In this document: in pieces, positions 16,723 through 26,293 of the stretch
Layout of the letters: every line of letters starts with the position of its first letter
Numbering within the stretch: the stretch's first letter is position 1
IMG/VR virus record: IMGVR_UViG_3300034658_000035
Span: 1 to 44,148 of that record
Source: a virus
Taxonomy: Duplodnaviria; Caudoviricetes
Direction: 5' to 3' (one strand)
Length of the DNA: 44,148 nucleotides
Notes under the pieces: model-generated
What the model saw: the letters and a program-made list of their open reading frames with translations, nothing else
Databases searched by the model: none
Told to the model about the DNA's origin: nothing
Made by a program: the position numbers and the translations under genes

Positions 16723-18167
16723 CGGCCACTCTCATTGATGGCGAGGCCTGTAATCGAATGCTTCACCGGGTCAGACATGATGATTTTCAGCACCGTCTGC
16801 TCAGGCTCTGAGCGGCCATTGCGATACCAGACTGACCGCTGGCTATACTTTCCCCGCTTGCCAAGGCTGCGTTGACGGCCCGGACCGAACGTGATGCCCT
16901 TGTCCCTCGATATGTAAAGCGTGGCCAGCGGGTCGTAGCCCTGCTCTGTATCGATCTCCCGGCCTTCGCCCTTCGTGCTTTCCAACCGGATCGAGCCAAG
17001 CGCCGGGGCGCCGGACTTCACGCTCAGATGCCCGCTGAAGATGCGCTGGATGCGCGTGGCAAGCGTGCTGGCATCAGCCATGTCATCGTCAGGATAGTCG
17101 CGGCTCAGCTCAGCCAAATACGTTCCCGTGGTTGCGCCATAGGTCTTTGCGCCCACCCGCTTGATGAAGGACCATTGCCATGTGTTCGAGGCGAGCGTCT
17201 GGCGCTTGTGGAACATGCCGACCGAAACGTCATACACATAGCAGAACTCGCCTGTGCGGATGATGTAGAAGCTGTGCCCGTCAATCTCCTCGACCGAGCA
17301 TACAATATCGCTCACCGTGGAGGCCTGCAGCTTGCGTACCAGCCATTGGTCATTGGCCGTCAGGTTTATCGTGCTTGCACCATTCAGGCGGTGCAGATTG
17401 TAATCATCCCCGATGAAGAACAGCGTATTGTCCAGCTCGTGGATCGTGTCGCGGGCCAACGCGCCCCGGCGCACAACAGAGCCTCCGATCACCTGGTATG
17501 GATTATCCGTGTCACCTGTCTCGACCCAAGGCTCAATCGTGCGGGTTCCGAACACATAATACGTGTCGCCCAGCACATAGCCCGCCACGATGCCATCCGG
17601 CGAACTCTCGGCCGTGTACCAGCTCAGCGTTGTCGTGTTGTTGAAATCCAGCGTGGAAGAGAACGCAAACCGGCTGCCATACGTCGCCAGCAATCTTTGC
17701 CCCAAGGATGCAATGCTCGTGAACGCGGTCTTGCTGTGATCTGACAGCAGGGTTGCCCAATCCGCATCACTCGCCGCCGCCACAGCGGAGCCCGTGGAGA
17801 CGTAGAGCGCGCCATTGGCAAGCAGGGAGGCCTCAAACTCTCCAAACGCCATCTGACAACGATCTGAGCCCGCTATCGTGCCTGTCATGGATGACCATGT
17901 TCCGGCAGACCGGTCATAGAGGCGAACCGTCGTGCCATCCGGCACAATCAGCGCCTCGTTTGCATGGCCGTCAGACTGGAACAGGCCGCGCACACCGCTG
18001 ATCAGATTGTCGGTATTGTCCAGCACCACAGAGCCCGGCGTGGTCATCAGGCGCATGGGCCGTTGACGATCCTGCGGGTTCTTCTCGGCATAATAGTTCA
18101 CAAGGAACTTCCGCCCGTCCCCAAGGGAGTCCGGCTCATAATGGCTGGCTGCAATGTCGGCCATCAT
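16719..18167 (-). CDS. Packaged-DNA stabilization / tail hub protein (P22 gp10-like)
   Basis: TAESSPDGIV...VFGTRTIEPW...ISRDKGITFG...LGKRGKY motifs; 482 aa. Confidence 0.85.
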   Translation of the reverse strand: MMADIAASHYEPDSLGDGRKFLVNYYAEKNPQDRQRPMRLMTTPGSVVLDNTDNLISGVRGLFQSDGHANEALIVPDGTTVRLYDRSAGTWSSMTGTIAGSDRCQMAFGEFEASLLANGALYVSTGSAVAAASDADWATLLSDHSKTAFTSIASLGQRLLATYGSRFAFSSTLDFNNTTTLSWYTAESSPDGIVAGYVLGDTYYVFGTRTIEPWVETGDTDNPYQVIGGSVVRRGALARDTIHELDNTLFFIGDDYNLHRLNGASTINLTANDQWLVRKLQASTVSDIVCSVEEIDGHSFYIIRTGEFCYVYDVSVGMFHKRQTLASNTWQWSFIKRVGAKTYGATTGTYLAELSRDYPDDDMADASTLATRIQRIFSGHLSVKSGAPALGSIRLESTKGEGREIDTEQGYDPLATLYISRDKGITFGPGRQRSLGKRGKYSQRSVWYRNGRSEPEQTVLKIIMSDPVKHSITGLAINESGR

Positions 18168-18514
18168 CAGAAGTAGTCAACCTGCACAGACGCGCCTTGC
18201 GAGCGTTTGGCGAGAGTTTCCCGCATGTCCTTCAGTCCCAGCTGAGACCGGTTGTAGAACTTGGTCTCATCCTCTTCCGGCACAAATACCGGGGCAAAGT
18301 AGAAGGTCAGGTATTCCGCCAGTGGATCGACAATCCCATCCGGAATCTCGTCATTCGCCCAATAGGCCAATTCCTTGTCACGCAGGTATTCCGTGCGCCG
18401 GTCAATGATCCGCAGAGCCACAGCAGCATCCTCCGCGTGAACAGTCTCTCCCGCCCGCGCCACGTACAGCTTCTCCAGTACGGCAAGCGTCAGGTCAGTT
18501 CTGGTCGCCGTCAT
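18167..18514 (-). CDS. Head-tail adaptor (P22 gp4-like)
   Basis: Helical 115 aa immediately upstream of the gp10-like gene; ends in VDYF. Confidence 0.7.
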   Translation of the reverse strand: MTATRTDLTLAVLEKLYVARAGETVHAEDAAVALRIIDRRTEYLRDKELAYWANDEIPDGIVDPLAEYLTFYFAPVFVPEEDETKFYNRSQLGLKDMRETLAKRSQGASVQVDYF

Positions 18515-18902
18515 GGTCTTCTGCCTCGTGCCATTCGATCAGGTCATCAGCCTCTGCCGCCGTATTGATCGAGGATGCCAGGTCCGGGTCCAGCTCCTTC
18601 GCCAGCTTGATCCGTCTGGAATGGTGCAGGTCGCGCCAATTCTCAGGGATCTTGCTGTCCGGCTTCGGAGCACCGCGATGCGGAATCTCCAGGGCAGGGT
18701 CAGAGGCAAATACGGGCTTCGGCGCAGGTTCTGCCACCGATGCTTTGCGAGTCTCAAAATGATTGTTTTTCTCCAGACGGGCGAACAGTTCGGTATTCTC
18801 AACCGCCGTCCATTCGCCCTTCCGGAAAGCGTGGCCCCAAAGGACAATGCCTTCGGGACCTGCGCCATCATTACGAGGGTCGCCTATGAAGCGAGCCTGC
18901 AT
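18495..18902 (-). CDS. Hypothetical head-region protein
   Basis: TAATG coupling; Pro-rich linker; IPENWRDL C-terminal domain. Confidence 0.65.
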   Translation of the reverse strand: MQARFIGDPRNDGAGPEGIVLWGHAFRKGEWTAVENTELFARLEKNNHFETRKASVAEPAPKPVFASDPALEIPHRGAPKPDSKIPENWRDLHHSRRIKLAKELDPDLASSINTAAEADDLIEWHEAEDHDGDQN

Positions 18903-19360
18903 TACGAGGTGCCCAGCACGCACTGGATACCCAGCGTCAAGGTGCCCTCAACCGCCGTAGCGGCCGCAACAGACGCCGTGACAGTGATGTAGTGCTCAAC
19001 CGGCACGAGGAACCCTGCCCCGGCCTTCAGAAGCACCTGATCGCCGCCTGTCCCGCCCTGACCAATGGTCGAGCCGTCAAGGAAGCAATCAATATCATCA
19101 TACGTTGTGTCAGAGACGCCCGCGATGCCGACATCAAAGGTCAGGGCCGGAGTCCCTGAATCCATGTCGGTTGCTGTGGCGTAGAGGTCCACATACCGCG
19201 TATTGGCGGGCATGCGCAGGACAGCCGTGACAATGCCGCTGGCCAACATGGCCGTGGTCAACGTTTTCGAGACATGGACATTCTGCACTGCGCCGTAGCC
19301 CAGAGCCGAAGGCACCTCGCTCTTGTTGATCAGGTTATAGTTGAGTGTTGGAAAAGCCAT
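18902..19360 (-). CDS. Capsid decoration/cement protein
   Basis: Beta-rich 152 aa directly after the capsid gene. Confidence 0.6.
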   Translation of the reverse strand: MAFPTLNYNLINKSEVPSALGYGAVQNVHVSKTLTTAMLASGIVTAVLRMPANTRYVDLYATATDMDSGTPALTFDVGIAGVSDTTYDDIDCFLDGSTIGQGGTGGDQVLLKAGAGFLVPVEHYITVTASVAAATAVEGTLTLGIQCVLGTS

Positions 19361-19375
19361 TTTCCATTCCTTTCC

Positions 19376-20473
19376 TTAGCTGTCTGCCACACCGGCGAAG
19401 AAACCGGTCAGGACGCCATGATCGACAGGATTGTCAGTGTCGTCGTCACCCGTGCCGAACCGCATCTTGTGAATGCCGTCGATGGCCTCGATGGCTACGC
19501 CGTACTTGTCGCCATAATCGAAGGTCTTGGTCTTCGTTTTGTAACGCTTGCCCACGCCGTAAGCGAGGGATTGCGCGCCGCACAGATAGACCGGCTCACA
19601 GTCGATTGTGCCGTTATTCACCACGGCAATATCGTCCACCTCATGGATGATCATACCATCCCAGACCAGATCGCCACCCTGGAACAGACGGTTGTTTTCC
19701 ATTTCGATGGAAACCTCACGCTGTGCCTGCTGGATGGCGGTGTTTTCCTTCAGGTCGCGGAAGGCGCGAGGGCCGGCATAGACCTTGAAGTAACGGCGGT
19801 TCTGCTTGGCAATGCGGATCGGCCGGATCTTCGGCTTGCCCGCATCATCACCCGTGCGGGTTTCCAGTGCCATGCGCTTCATCAGGGACAGGGCGCCCGG
19901 CGTCAGCTTGTCTGCCGAGTTATCGATCTGAGCCAACGCCGCCGAGAAGTCATTGGCAGCGTTGTTGCCCTTGAGAGCACCAAACAGGACGCGATCACTG
20001 TTGTTGGCGAGCCACGCATCACGCGCAGTATCGTCAGCAGAGGTGAACGCAACGCCGTCAATCGACCCCAGAGCCGTGATGATACGGTCCCGAACGTCTT
20101 CCTGTGCCCATGTCATCAGGGATGAACGAGCGGCGTCACGCAGATTGATGGACGAGCGATACTCGGTCATCTCTGCGAGGCGCACAGCAGTACGGCGCTT
20201 GTTGATGTTGAAGTTGAACGAACGGGACGCAAGGTCTTGCTCGTTGCCTTCGAGGATATTGGTGCCGGTTACGGCATCCCCGGTCAGGCGGTTGACGAGG
20301 GCAATCGACATGTTGTCGCCCTTGCCTTTGGTGAAGTCCTCGTGCATCTGGATGATCGAATTTTCATTCGTCCCCATGACGGACTTGAACGGACTGTCCT
20401 GAATGTATTCGACGAAGAAGTCGTCGTCCCACTTCTGAGGGGTAAGGCCAGTGGCCTGACGTGTGTCAGCCAT
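19376..20473 (-). CDS. Major capsid protein (N4-gp56/DUF4043 type)
   Basis: KGKGDNM...LEGNEQDL...NLRDAARSSLMTW...LCGAQSLAY...FDYGDKYGVAI motifs. Confidence 0.88.
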   Translation of the reverse strand: MADTRQATGLTPQKWDDDFFVEYIQDSPFKSVMGTNENSIIQMHEDFTKGKGDNMSIALVNRLTGDAVTGTNILEGNEQDLASRSFNFNINKRRTAVRLAEMTEYRSSINLRDAARSSLMTWAQEDVRDRIITALGSIDGVAFTSADDTARDAWLANNSDRVLFGALKGNNAANDFSAALAQIDNSADKLTPGALSLMKRMALETRTGDDAGKPKIRPIRIAKQNRRYFKVYAGPRAFRDLKENTAIQQAQREVSIEMENNRLFQGGDLVWDGMIIHEVDDIAVVNNGTIDCEPVYLCGAQSLAYGVGKRYKTKTKTFDYGDKYGVAIEAIDGIHKMRFGTGDDDTDNPVDHGVLTGFFAGVADS

Positions 20474-20504
20474 TGTAATGCTCCAAAATTATGAGGTCAG
20501 TGCC

Positions 20505-21332
20505 TCACGAATTGTTGAGCAGGTCTCCCAAAGGCGTTGGCCCCGTGAAGGATGGACCAGAGCGGCCTGTCCTTGCACTTGGCGTCCCGGAGAAATTCCC
20601 CGGCATCTTGCCTTGTTTCTGGGATTGCACCTGCGGCGAAGCAGGCTCGTCCGTCTGGACTTGCCCGCGTTCGGCAAGTTTCGCCTCAATGAACTTTTCG
20701 AGGTCGCCACCGTATTTGTCGAGTTCCTGATAGGCTTGCGCCTTGTTGAACTCCTGAACCGAAAAGACTGTGGGTTGCGGATGCCCCCTCAGCTGTTGCG
20801 CAAAGGCCGGATCGTAACTCATGCGATCTGCCGCCCATTGGGCAGCACTTTGCGTGACCTCTTCTCCGAACTTCTCCGCCGCAGTGACGTGAGATTCGTT
20901 CACCCGCCGCTCCCAATCCTGCTGGTTCTGCCGCTGCTCGTAGGTGGTCAATGCCTGACCTACGGTGCTTTGGATCACCTCCTGAATTGATTGCGGGTCC
21001 TGCTGGGGTTGCTGCTCAAGTTGGCGCAAGCGGGTTTCAAGTTCCGCGGCGCGTCGTTCAGCTGCTTCCTTGGCCTCCGAGGCAGATTTGACGCGGGCAT
21101 GCATCCAGGGCGGCAAGCCGTCCTTTTTGCCCTCACCCTCCGACTCTGACTTCTCCTTTGGTTCAGCCTTGGCTTTCGCTTCGGGCTGCTCCTCTGGTTC
21201 GTCATTGTCCGGGCTGTCTTCCAGTTCATCGACCGGGGCTTCTGCCTCGATCTCGGCTGGCTGCTCGTTGTCCGGGGACTCTTCCGGTTCATCAACATCC
21301 GTGAGGATGCTGTCCAGTGATTTCCTGCTCAT
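20505..21332 (-). CDS. Scaffolding protein
   Basis: Acidic disordered N-terminus and coiled coil; lies between portal and capsid. Confidence 0.78.
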   Translation of the reverse strand: MSRKSLDSILTDVDEPEESPDNEQPAEIEAEAPVDELEDSPDNDEPEEQPEAKAKAEPKEKSESEGEGKKDGLPPWMHARVKSASEAKEAAERRAAELETRLRQLEQQPQQDPQSIQEVIQSTVGQALTTYEQRQNQQDWERRVNESHVTAAEKFGEEVTQSAAQWAADRMSYDPAFAQQLRGHPQPTVFSVQEFNKAQAYQELDKYGGDLEKFIEAKLAERGQVQTDEPASPQVQSQKQGKMPGNFSGTPSARTGRSGPSFTGPTPLGDLLNNS

Positions 21333-21365
21333 TGATTCGACCCTTGTCCGTTGTCGTTCACGTAT

Positions 21366-21419
21366 TCGCCCGCATTATGCAGCGGCGTCCTGCGTCATCG
21401 CCCGATTGCGCCCGGCGTC
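21366..21419 (-). promoter_or_regulatory. Tandem hairpin motif in the scaffold 5' UTR
   Basis: Two copies of GACGCCG-N8/10-CGGGCGA on the mRNA strand. Confidence 0.5.
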
Positions 21420-21441
21420 AGCGTCTCAGTCGCTCCCGGAG

Positions 21442-23445
21442 CTACCGGTTTGCGCCTGTATCCTGTTGAGGAACCTGCGGAGGCTCGGTCGCCTCACGCA
21501 TCGTCTTGAATGTCTGTGCGCGCTGAAGTTCTGCCCGCGTATCTTTCACATTGGCGTCAGCGGCGAGGTTGCGCGCCTCAAGCTGGGCAATCACATCTGC
21601 GATCTGCTGCTGCATCGGCGTCATTTGGGCCTCTTGCGGCTGGCCCTGTCCGGCCTCGGCCATCGCCTTCATGGCTTGAGCCTGATCCTTGGCCGCGCTC
21701 GCTTCCTTCTTCGCCGTTTCGGCCAGCGCATCCCGCATTTGCATCTGTTCGGCCATTTGCTGCTTCTGCACCTGCGCCGGATCGGGCTGCTGGTTGCCGC
21801 CTTTCAGCACCTCAAGCAGTTTGCGCTTCCGGCTTGGCGGGTACGGGCTTGCCTCGACCACAAACTCTTGCAAGTGCGGTGGCATCTGCATCAGCATCGG
21901 CAGGATCTGCGTCAAATCTGCCCACACCTCCTGCTCAATCGTCGCCACATCCGGGCTTTCCTCGATGATCAGGTCAATATCGGTCTGGGCCACCTCGTTG
22001 CGCATGCCCACTTGCTGGCCAGATTGCGGGTCGATCATCGGCTCATTGAGCCCTATGAATTTCGGTGCATCATCCCGGTCCGTCACACGGATGAACATCG
22101 GCGCCTGCCAGAATTGCTTGCAGCGGCCCCAGACCTTCTCGAACACTTCCCGATCCATCGACCGCAAATGATCCAGCAATGGCCCCAGCTCGACCAGCCC
22201 GCCCTTCTGCTTGGCCTGAATGGCGCGGCCCGATTGCGAATTGTTGCTCTCATTGCCCTGAAGCGAGGCATTCGGCCCCATCTTCTCCAGTTCGGCCGTC
22301 GCATGCTGCAACAGGGTCATCTGGCCGGCGGACAGGTCGTTGTTCTGCTCTATGCGGAACTCAAGGCCGGGGTTGATCTCGATATAGGCGTCAGGCTGGG
22401 CCGCTTTCCGGCGCGTTTCTTCCGGATCGTCCGTCGCGCCCCGCTCCGCAATGATCTGGTTCGTGGTCAACAGGTGCAGCGACTTGGACCGGCGCTTGTT
22501 CACCTCGTCCTGCGGGTCGATCATGTCCCGAACCACGCCGTGACGGTTGTTGTCCCGGTCCACATAGGCCGAGCGCCAGATATACGGGTCTTCGCTTTCG
22601 CCTTCCGTGTCGATCCACGGGCTTTCGCCAGCTGCGAGAATGCCAGCCTCGGTGAACTCCGCCCAATAGCATTGGTCGCCTTCCTTCCAGTAGCACTGGA
22701 CAATGCGAACGCGCTTGCGGTTGCTGTCACACCATGCGCTCAGCTTTGGCTTGTCGTCGTAAGTGTCCGTTCGGCTGCCCGTGTTCAGGGTCGCAGCCAG
22801 AATCTCCTTGCGATCCTCGTATTTGTCCTCCGCATCATCCGCATCCATCCACAGGACAAGGCCGCGATGACGACAATCGGAAAAATCAGGCTCACAGGAA
22901 TGCGCATCCCACCACATGCGGTCCCAAGGCGTGCGCTTGACGATAATATCGGGGTTGTTCTCCAGGTATCCCAGCTTCTGCACAGGCCCCGGAGGCGGAC
23001 GGCGGGACTGCTTGACCATCACCTCGATACCGCCAACGCCAGCCACCAGAATATCCTTCCAGGCGCGGGCGCGGTGATAGCTGTACTCATTGCTGTCTGC
23101 GACATAGCGCAGGGCATCGGTCGCCACTTCGGCGCTGTCTGCGTCCTGCGGCGTGCGCGGATAGGCTTTCGGGTCGTTCCGGTTCTGCGCTTCCATGCCG
23201 AGCAGGAAGTCGATCTTGCGGCGGATCAGGTTGACCGTGATCGGCGGCTGACCACGGGACACGAGCTTGTCGTATTCCTCCTGCGTCAGCTGCTTGTTGT
23301 CGTAATAGTCAACGTCGCGCTCCATCTTGTTGAACGCATCACGGCCCGCCTCCTCACTGGCCTCGAACCAGCGCTTCAGCTTGGCGTGCAGGTCTTCGGA
23401 GTACAGGCGGTCCTCGTCTGCCGAGTACTGCTCCTCACGCTCCAT
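21442..23445 (-). CDS. Portal protein (P22-like)
   Basis: DYYDNKQ...RGQPPITVNLI...DMIDPQDEVNKRRSK...SGRAIQAKQ; Gln-rich C-terminal barrel. Confidence 0.9.
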   Translation of the reverse strand: MEREEQYSADEDRLYSEDLHAKLKRWFEASEEAGRDAFNKMERDVDYYDNKQLTQEEYDKLVSRGQPPITVNLIRRKIDFLLGMEAQNRNDPKAYPRTPQDADSAEVATDALRYVADSNEYSYHRARAWKDILVAGVGGIEVMVKQSRRPPPGPVQKLGYLENNPDIIVKRTPWDRMWWDAHSCEPDFSDCRHRGLVLWMDADDAEDKYEDRKEILAATLNTGSRTDTYDDKPKLSAWCDSNRKRVRIVQCYWKEGDQCYWAEFTEAGILAAGESPWIDTEGESEDPYIWRSAYVDRDNNRHGVVRDMIDPQDEVNKRRSKSLHLLTTNQIIAERGATDDPEETRRKAAQPDAYIEINPGLEFRIEQNNDLSAGQMTLLQHATAELEKMGPNASLQGNESNNSQSGRAIQAKQKGGLVELGPLLDHLRSMDREVFEKVWGRCKQFWQAPMFIRVTDRDDAPKFIGLNEPMIDPQSGQQVGMRNEVAQTDIDLIIEESPDVATIEQEVWADLTQILPMLMQMPPHLQEFVVEASPYPPSRKRKLLEVLKGGNQQPDPAQVQKQQMAEQMQMRDALAETAKKEASAAKDQAQAMKAMAEAGQGQPQEAQMTPMQQQIADVIAQLEARNLAADANVKDTRAELQRAQTFKTMREATEPPQVPQQDTGANR

Positions 23446-23452
23446 AGGAGCT

Positions 23453-23632
23453 TCAGTCTGCTGTGCGAGCATTGGCCCAAGCCACAAGATTGTCGATCAA
23501 CTGTTCTTCATCCTCCGGGGACATTTCGAAACGAACAGACTGGAACCGCCTGCCCTCTTTGAGGTAACGCACGAAGACACGAGCAGCGGACAAGGCCCCC
23601 GTTCTCAACACGGTTTCGTCGCGCTCGTTCAT
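23453..23632 (-). CDS. Hypothetical protein
   Basis: ATGA coupling to the TerL stop. Confidence 0.55.
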   Translation of the reverse strand: MNERDETVLRTGALSAARVFVRYLKEGRRFQSVRFEMSPEDEEQLIDNLVAWANARTAD

Positions 23633-25095
23633 GCAACTTTCCAATCACTGGACGCGTCAGAGGAATTGTCCCAATCCCATGCGTCACGCTTCGTTTTCGG
23701 CTTCTTCGGCAACACAATCGCCGGATGCGCCTCGTCAATCACCATGCCCATGAGCGAACACACATCCACCTTGTCGTCATGCTTGCCTGCCGGGAACGAC
23801 AGGAGTTGCGTCAGCACGTCATCGCCCTGATCGCCTCGCTTCAGGCTGACAGTTCCCATTGCGGAACGCGCCTGAAATGCACGGGCGCGCGTTGCCTTGT
23901 CACGAACACTGGCAATCCATTCCATACGGCAATGCACCTTTCGTTCGATCATCCGGCGCTTGAGCATCGGACGGACTGACTTCTCGATCACACCGCCCTC
24001 GCCAAACACGCAAAGCGGCTTCCATTTCGTCACTAGGTCCAGCAAGGCATCGATCCACACATCAGCGCTTGTCTGGCCGCTCCACCAATCCAGCTGGAAC
24101 AGATCCTCGCCGTTGAATCCCCACACGCCGTGCTCGGTCCAGTCTCCGCCATCCTCTGTCACCGCGTAATCGCTCGTGATGTAGATGTGCACTTTCGGCG
24201 CTTCATCGTGGCGGCGCGTGTACCAATCGCGTTTGAAGAACGAGCCCTCGGCAGGCGTCGGGTTCTGCTGGTAAAGGCTCTCCCAATCCCTGACGCCCGT
24301 CATGCTGATGGCGTTGCGAATGCGCTCAAGGGCTGGCAGTGGATAGCGCTCAGGCCAAAGCGCTTCATCATTGTCATTGATCGCGGGCAGGATCAGCTTG
24401 TCCCACTTGTCTCCGCCGTGCTTCTCAGCCTCCAGCAAGCGACCCGCCAGATCGTCCTCATGCCAGCGCGTCTGAATCAGGATGACCGCACCGCCAGGCA
24501 TCAGGCGCGTGTAAGCCGTCGAGGTGTACCAGTTCCACACCTTGTCCCGGATCGTCTCGCTCTCTGCCTCCTCCCGATCCTTCATCGGGTCATCGATCAG
24601 CAGAATGTCAGCGCCGCGACCCGTGACAGCCGTTCCAACACCCGCAGCAACGTATGTGCCGCCCTTGTTCGTGTTCCAGCGGTTGGCAGCCTGCGAGTCA
24701 GGGGCAAGCTCAACCCCTGCAAACACGTTCGAGAACTTTCGCTCCCGTATGATGTTCCTGACATTGCGGCCAAAGTCGCTGGCCAGTTCGGAGTTGTAGG
24801 ACGCCGCAATGATCTGCCGCTTCGGTTTCTTGCCCAGAGCCCATGCCGGGAAGCGCTTTGATGCCAACTCTGATTTCCCGTGCCTCGGCGGCATGAAGAT
24901 CATCAGGCGGTCAATCTCGCCCCGCTCCACAGCTTCCAGCTTCTCCGCAATGAGCCGATGATGAACAGCCGACTGATATTGCGGGAAGGTGTACTCAGTG
25001 AACGCTATCAGGTCCGTCTCCGCGTCCATCCTGCGCAGCAGCTCTTGCGCGGCTTGCGATGGCGAGAAGTTCGGACCGGTCGAGGTCTTCAACAT
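23629..25095 (-). CDS. terL: Terminase large subunit
   Basis: MPPRHGKS Walker A, LLIDDP Walker B, QTRWHEDDLAG, YQQNP, FPAGKHDDKVD. Start uncertain (ATG 25095 or TTG 25131). Confidence 0.93.
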   Translation of the reverse strand: MLKTSTGPNFSPSQAAQELLRRMDAETDLIAFTEYTFPQYQSAVHHRLIAEKLEAVERGEIDRLMIFMPPRHGKSELASKRFPAWALGKKPKRQIIAASYNSELASDFGRNVRNIIRERKFSNVFAGVELAPDSQAANRWNTNKGGTYVAAGVGTAVTGRGADILLIDDPMKDREEAESETIRDKVWNWYTSTAYTRLMPGGAVILIQTRWHEDDLAGRLLEAEKHGGDKWDKLILPAINDNDEALWPERYPLPALERIRNAISMTGVRDWESLYQQNPTPAEGSFFKRDWYTRRHDEAPKVHIYITSDYAVTEDGGDWTEHGVWGFNGEDLFQLDWWSGQTSADVWIDALLDLVTKWKPLCVFGEGGVIEKSVRPMLKRRMIERKVHCRMEWIASVRDKATRARAFQARSAMGTVSLKRGDQGDDVLTQLLSFPAGKHDDKVDVCSLMGMVIDEAHPAIVLPKKPKTKRDAWDWDNSSDASSDWKVA

Positions 25096-25447
25096 CTTGA
25101 ATGTTTCTATTTGTGCGTTCGGATTTTTCAATGCGCTCGCCGCTCAGGACACCCAGCTCCTTGATTGCCGCCATAGAAGCCGCGTGAGAGCGATCCTCCA
25201 TAGCTGCATAGAGAACCTCCTCAGCCTTCAGCATAAGCCACTGGAGCGTAATCTGAGAGCCCTGTGTGGCTTCTGCGCGCATTTCGGCAATGCGATTTTG
25301 AATCTTATCAGCACTTATCATGCGAGATGCGTTTGCGTGTGCGGACGCAGTGTCAGCGTATCCTGCAGCGATGTACGCTTCATACTGGGGCATGCCCTCA
25401 ATGATGTTGCGGCAGAACTTCTCTTGCTGTTCTGAGAGTTTGCTCAT
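24995..25447 (-). CDS. terS: Terminase small subunit
   Basis: LSEQQEKFC...AYIAAGY...NASRMI...IQNRIAEM motif. Confidence 0.88.
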   Translation of the reverse strand: MSKLSEQQEKFCRNIIEGMPQYEAYIAAGYADTASAHANASRMISADKIQNRIAEMRAEATQGSQITLQWLMLKAEEVLYAAMEDRSHAASMAAIKELGVLSGERIEKSERTNRNIQDVEDLDRSELLAIASRARAAAQDGRGDGPDSVH

Positions 25448-25647
25448 GCCCACGACTGCCTTACTGCGCGTCGGATCAGTTCTCCGTCCTTCTTGGCTTC
25501 ACCAGCAAGGCCCCATTTGGTGTTTCCGTCGAGTGGTCGAGGTTTGAGGATGGTAACGTCTTCCTTCGGTATGTTGAGGTATGCGAACTCCCACAGCAAG
25601 GAGCGCTTCATTCTGGCCATTAGCTCTGGTGTTGGTTTGTCGCCCAT
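25444..25647 (-). CDS. Hypothetical protein
   Basis: Coupled to its neighbours. Confidence 0.55.
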   Translation of the reverse strand: MGDKPTPELMARMKRSLLWEFAYLNIPKEDVTILKPRPLDGNTKWGLAGEAKKDGELIRRAVRQSWA

Positions 25648-26019
25648 TCAAGCAGGTATCCCTGTGTAGTAATCATAATAGCTGGTTGAGTTGGCTGAGC
25701 GGGTGCGAATGCGCAGCTTGTGGATCTGGCCACCAGAACGGGTGATGGTGAGAGTTGTTGTTCCGGTTCCGCTCAGTCCGGAGAAGGTGATTGTTATCTC
25801 AGGCGATGATGTGCTGATCGAGGTGGAAACGCCTTGGCTTTCAATGGTTGCACTTGAGACGGTTTCGCCACTGGCGAGAATGCCTTCAAGGGACACGGTG
25901 AGAGCGAGGGTTTCGCCCTCCTCAAGGTCCAGCTCATAGCGGGAGCGCTGGGAGTTCCAGGAGATGCCCCGTGTGATGCGGCGCTGATTGTCGCGCAGGC
26001 GGATCAGACGATCAGTCAT
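25648..26019 (-). CDS. Small Ig-like/beta-sandwich virion accessory protein
   Basis: Thr/Ser-rich alternating beta pattern (LASGETVSSATI...LTITRSGGQ). Confidence 0.55.
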   Translation of the reverse strand: MTDRLIRLRDNQRRITRGISWNSQRSRYELDLEEGETLALTVSLEGILASGETVSSATIESQGVSTSISTSSPEITITFSGLSGTGTTTLTITRSGGQIHKLRIRTRSANSTSYYDYYTGIPA

Positions 26020-26276
26020 ACCCAGGTAATCAGACAGGTGGCAGAACCCCCCGATACCCCCGAAGCAACAAGGCTATACTGTCCCGGACCCTCAATATTC
26101 TTGGTGGTACTGGACGTGTATCCGTCCTCTACCGCGATAGCTCCGCTGCCCACGTCCCTGTAAAGAGTTACAGTGATCGTGCCGGTGATCGTGACGCCGA
26201 AAAACCCCGTTTTTCCCGCAGGCACATCCACAGGCCCGACCGTCTCATCATTCGCATCCAGTGTTCCGCTAGCCAT
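26016..26276 (-). CDS. Small beta-rich protein, putative head-spike base
   Basis: 86 aa with jelly-roll-like pattern (VTITGTITVTLYRD...YSLVASGVSGGSATCLI). Confidence 0.5.
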   Translation of the reverse strand: MASGTLDANDETVGPVDVPAGKTGFFGVTITGTITVTLYRDVGSGAIAVEDGYTSSTTKNIEGPGQYSLVASGVSGGSATCLITWV

Positions 26277-26293
26277 TCGTCAGACTCCTTCAA

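Noticed and set aside
21070-23562. 830-aa plus-strand ORF
   Set aside because: Antisense shadow of the portal and scaffold genes. It is Arg/Leu/His-rich with no motifs, as expected from high-GC codon bias.
24995-25131. terS/terL overlap of about 100-137 bp as a programmed frameshift
   Set aside because: No clear slippery heptamer; such overlaps are common for terminase genes and an in-frame ATG exists at 25095.
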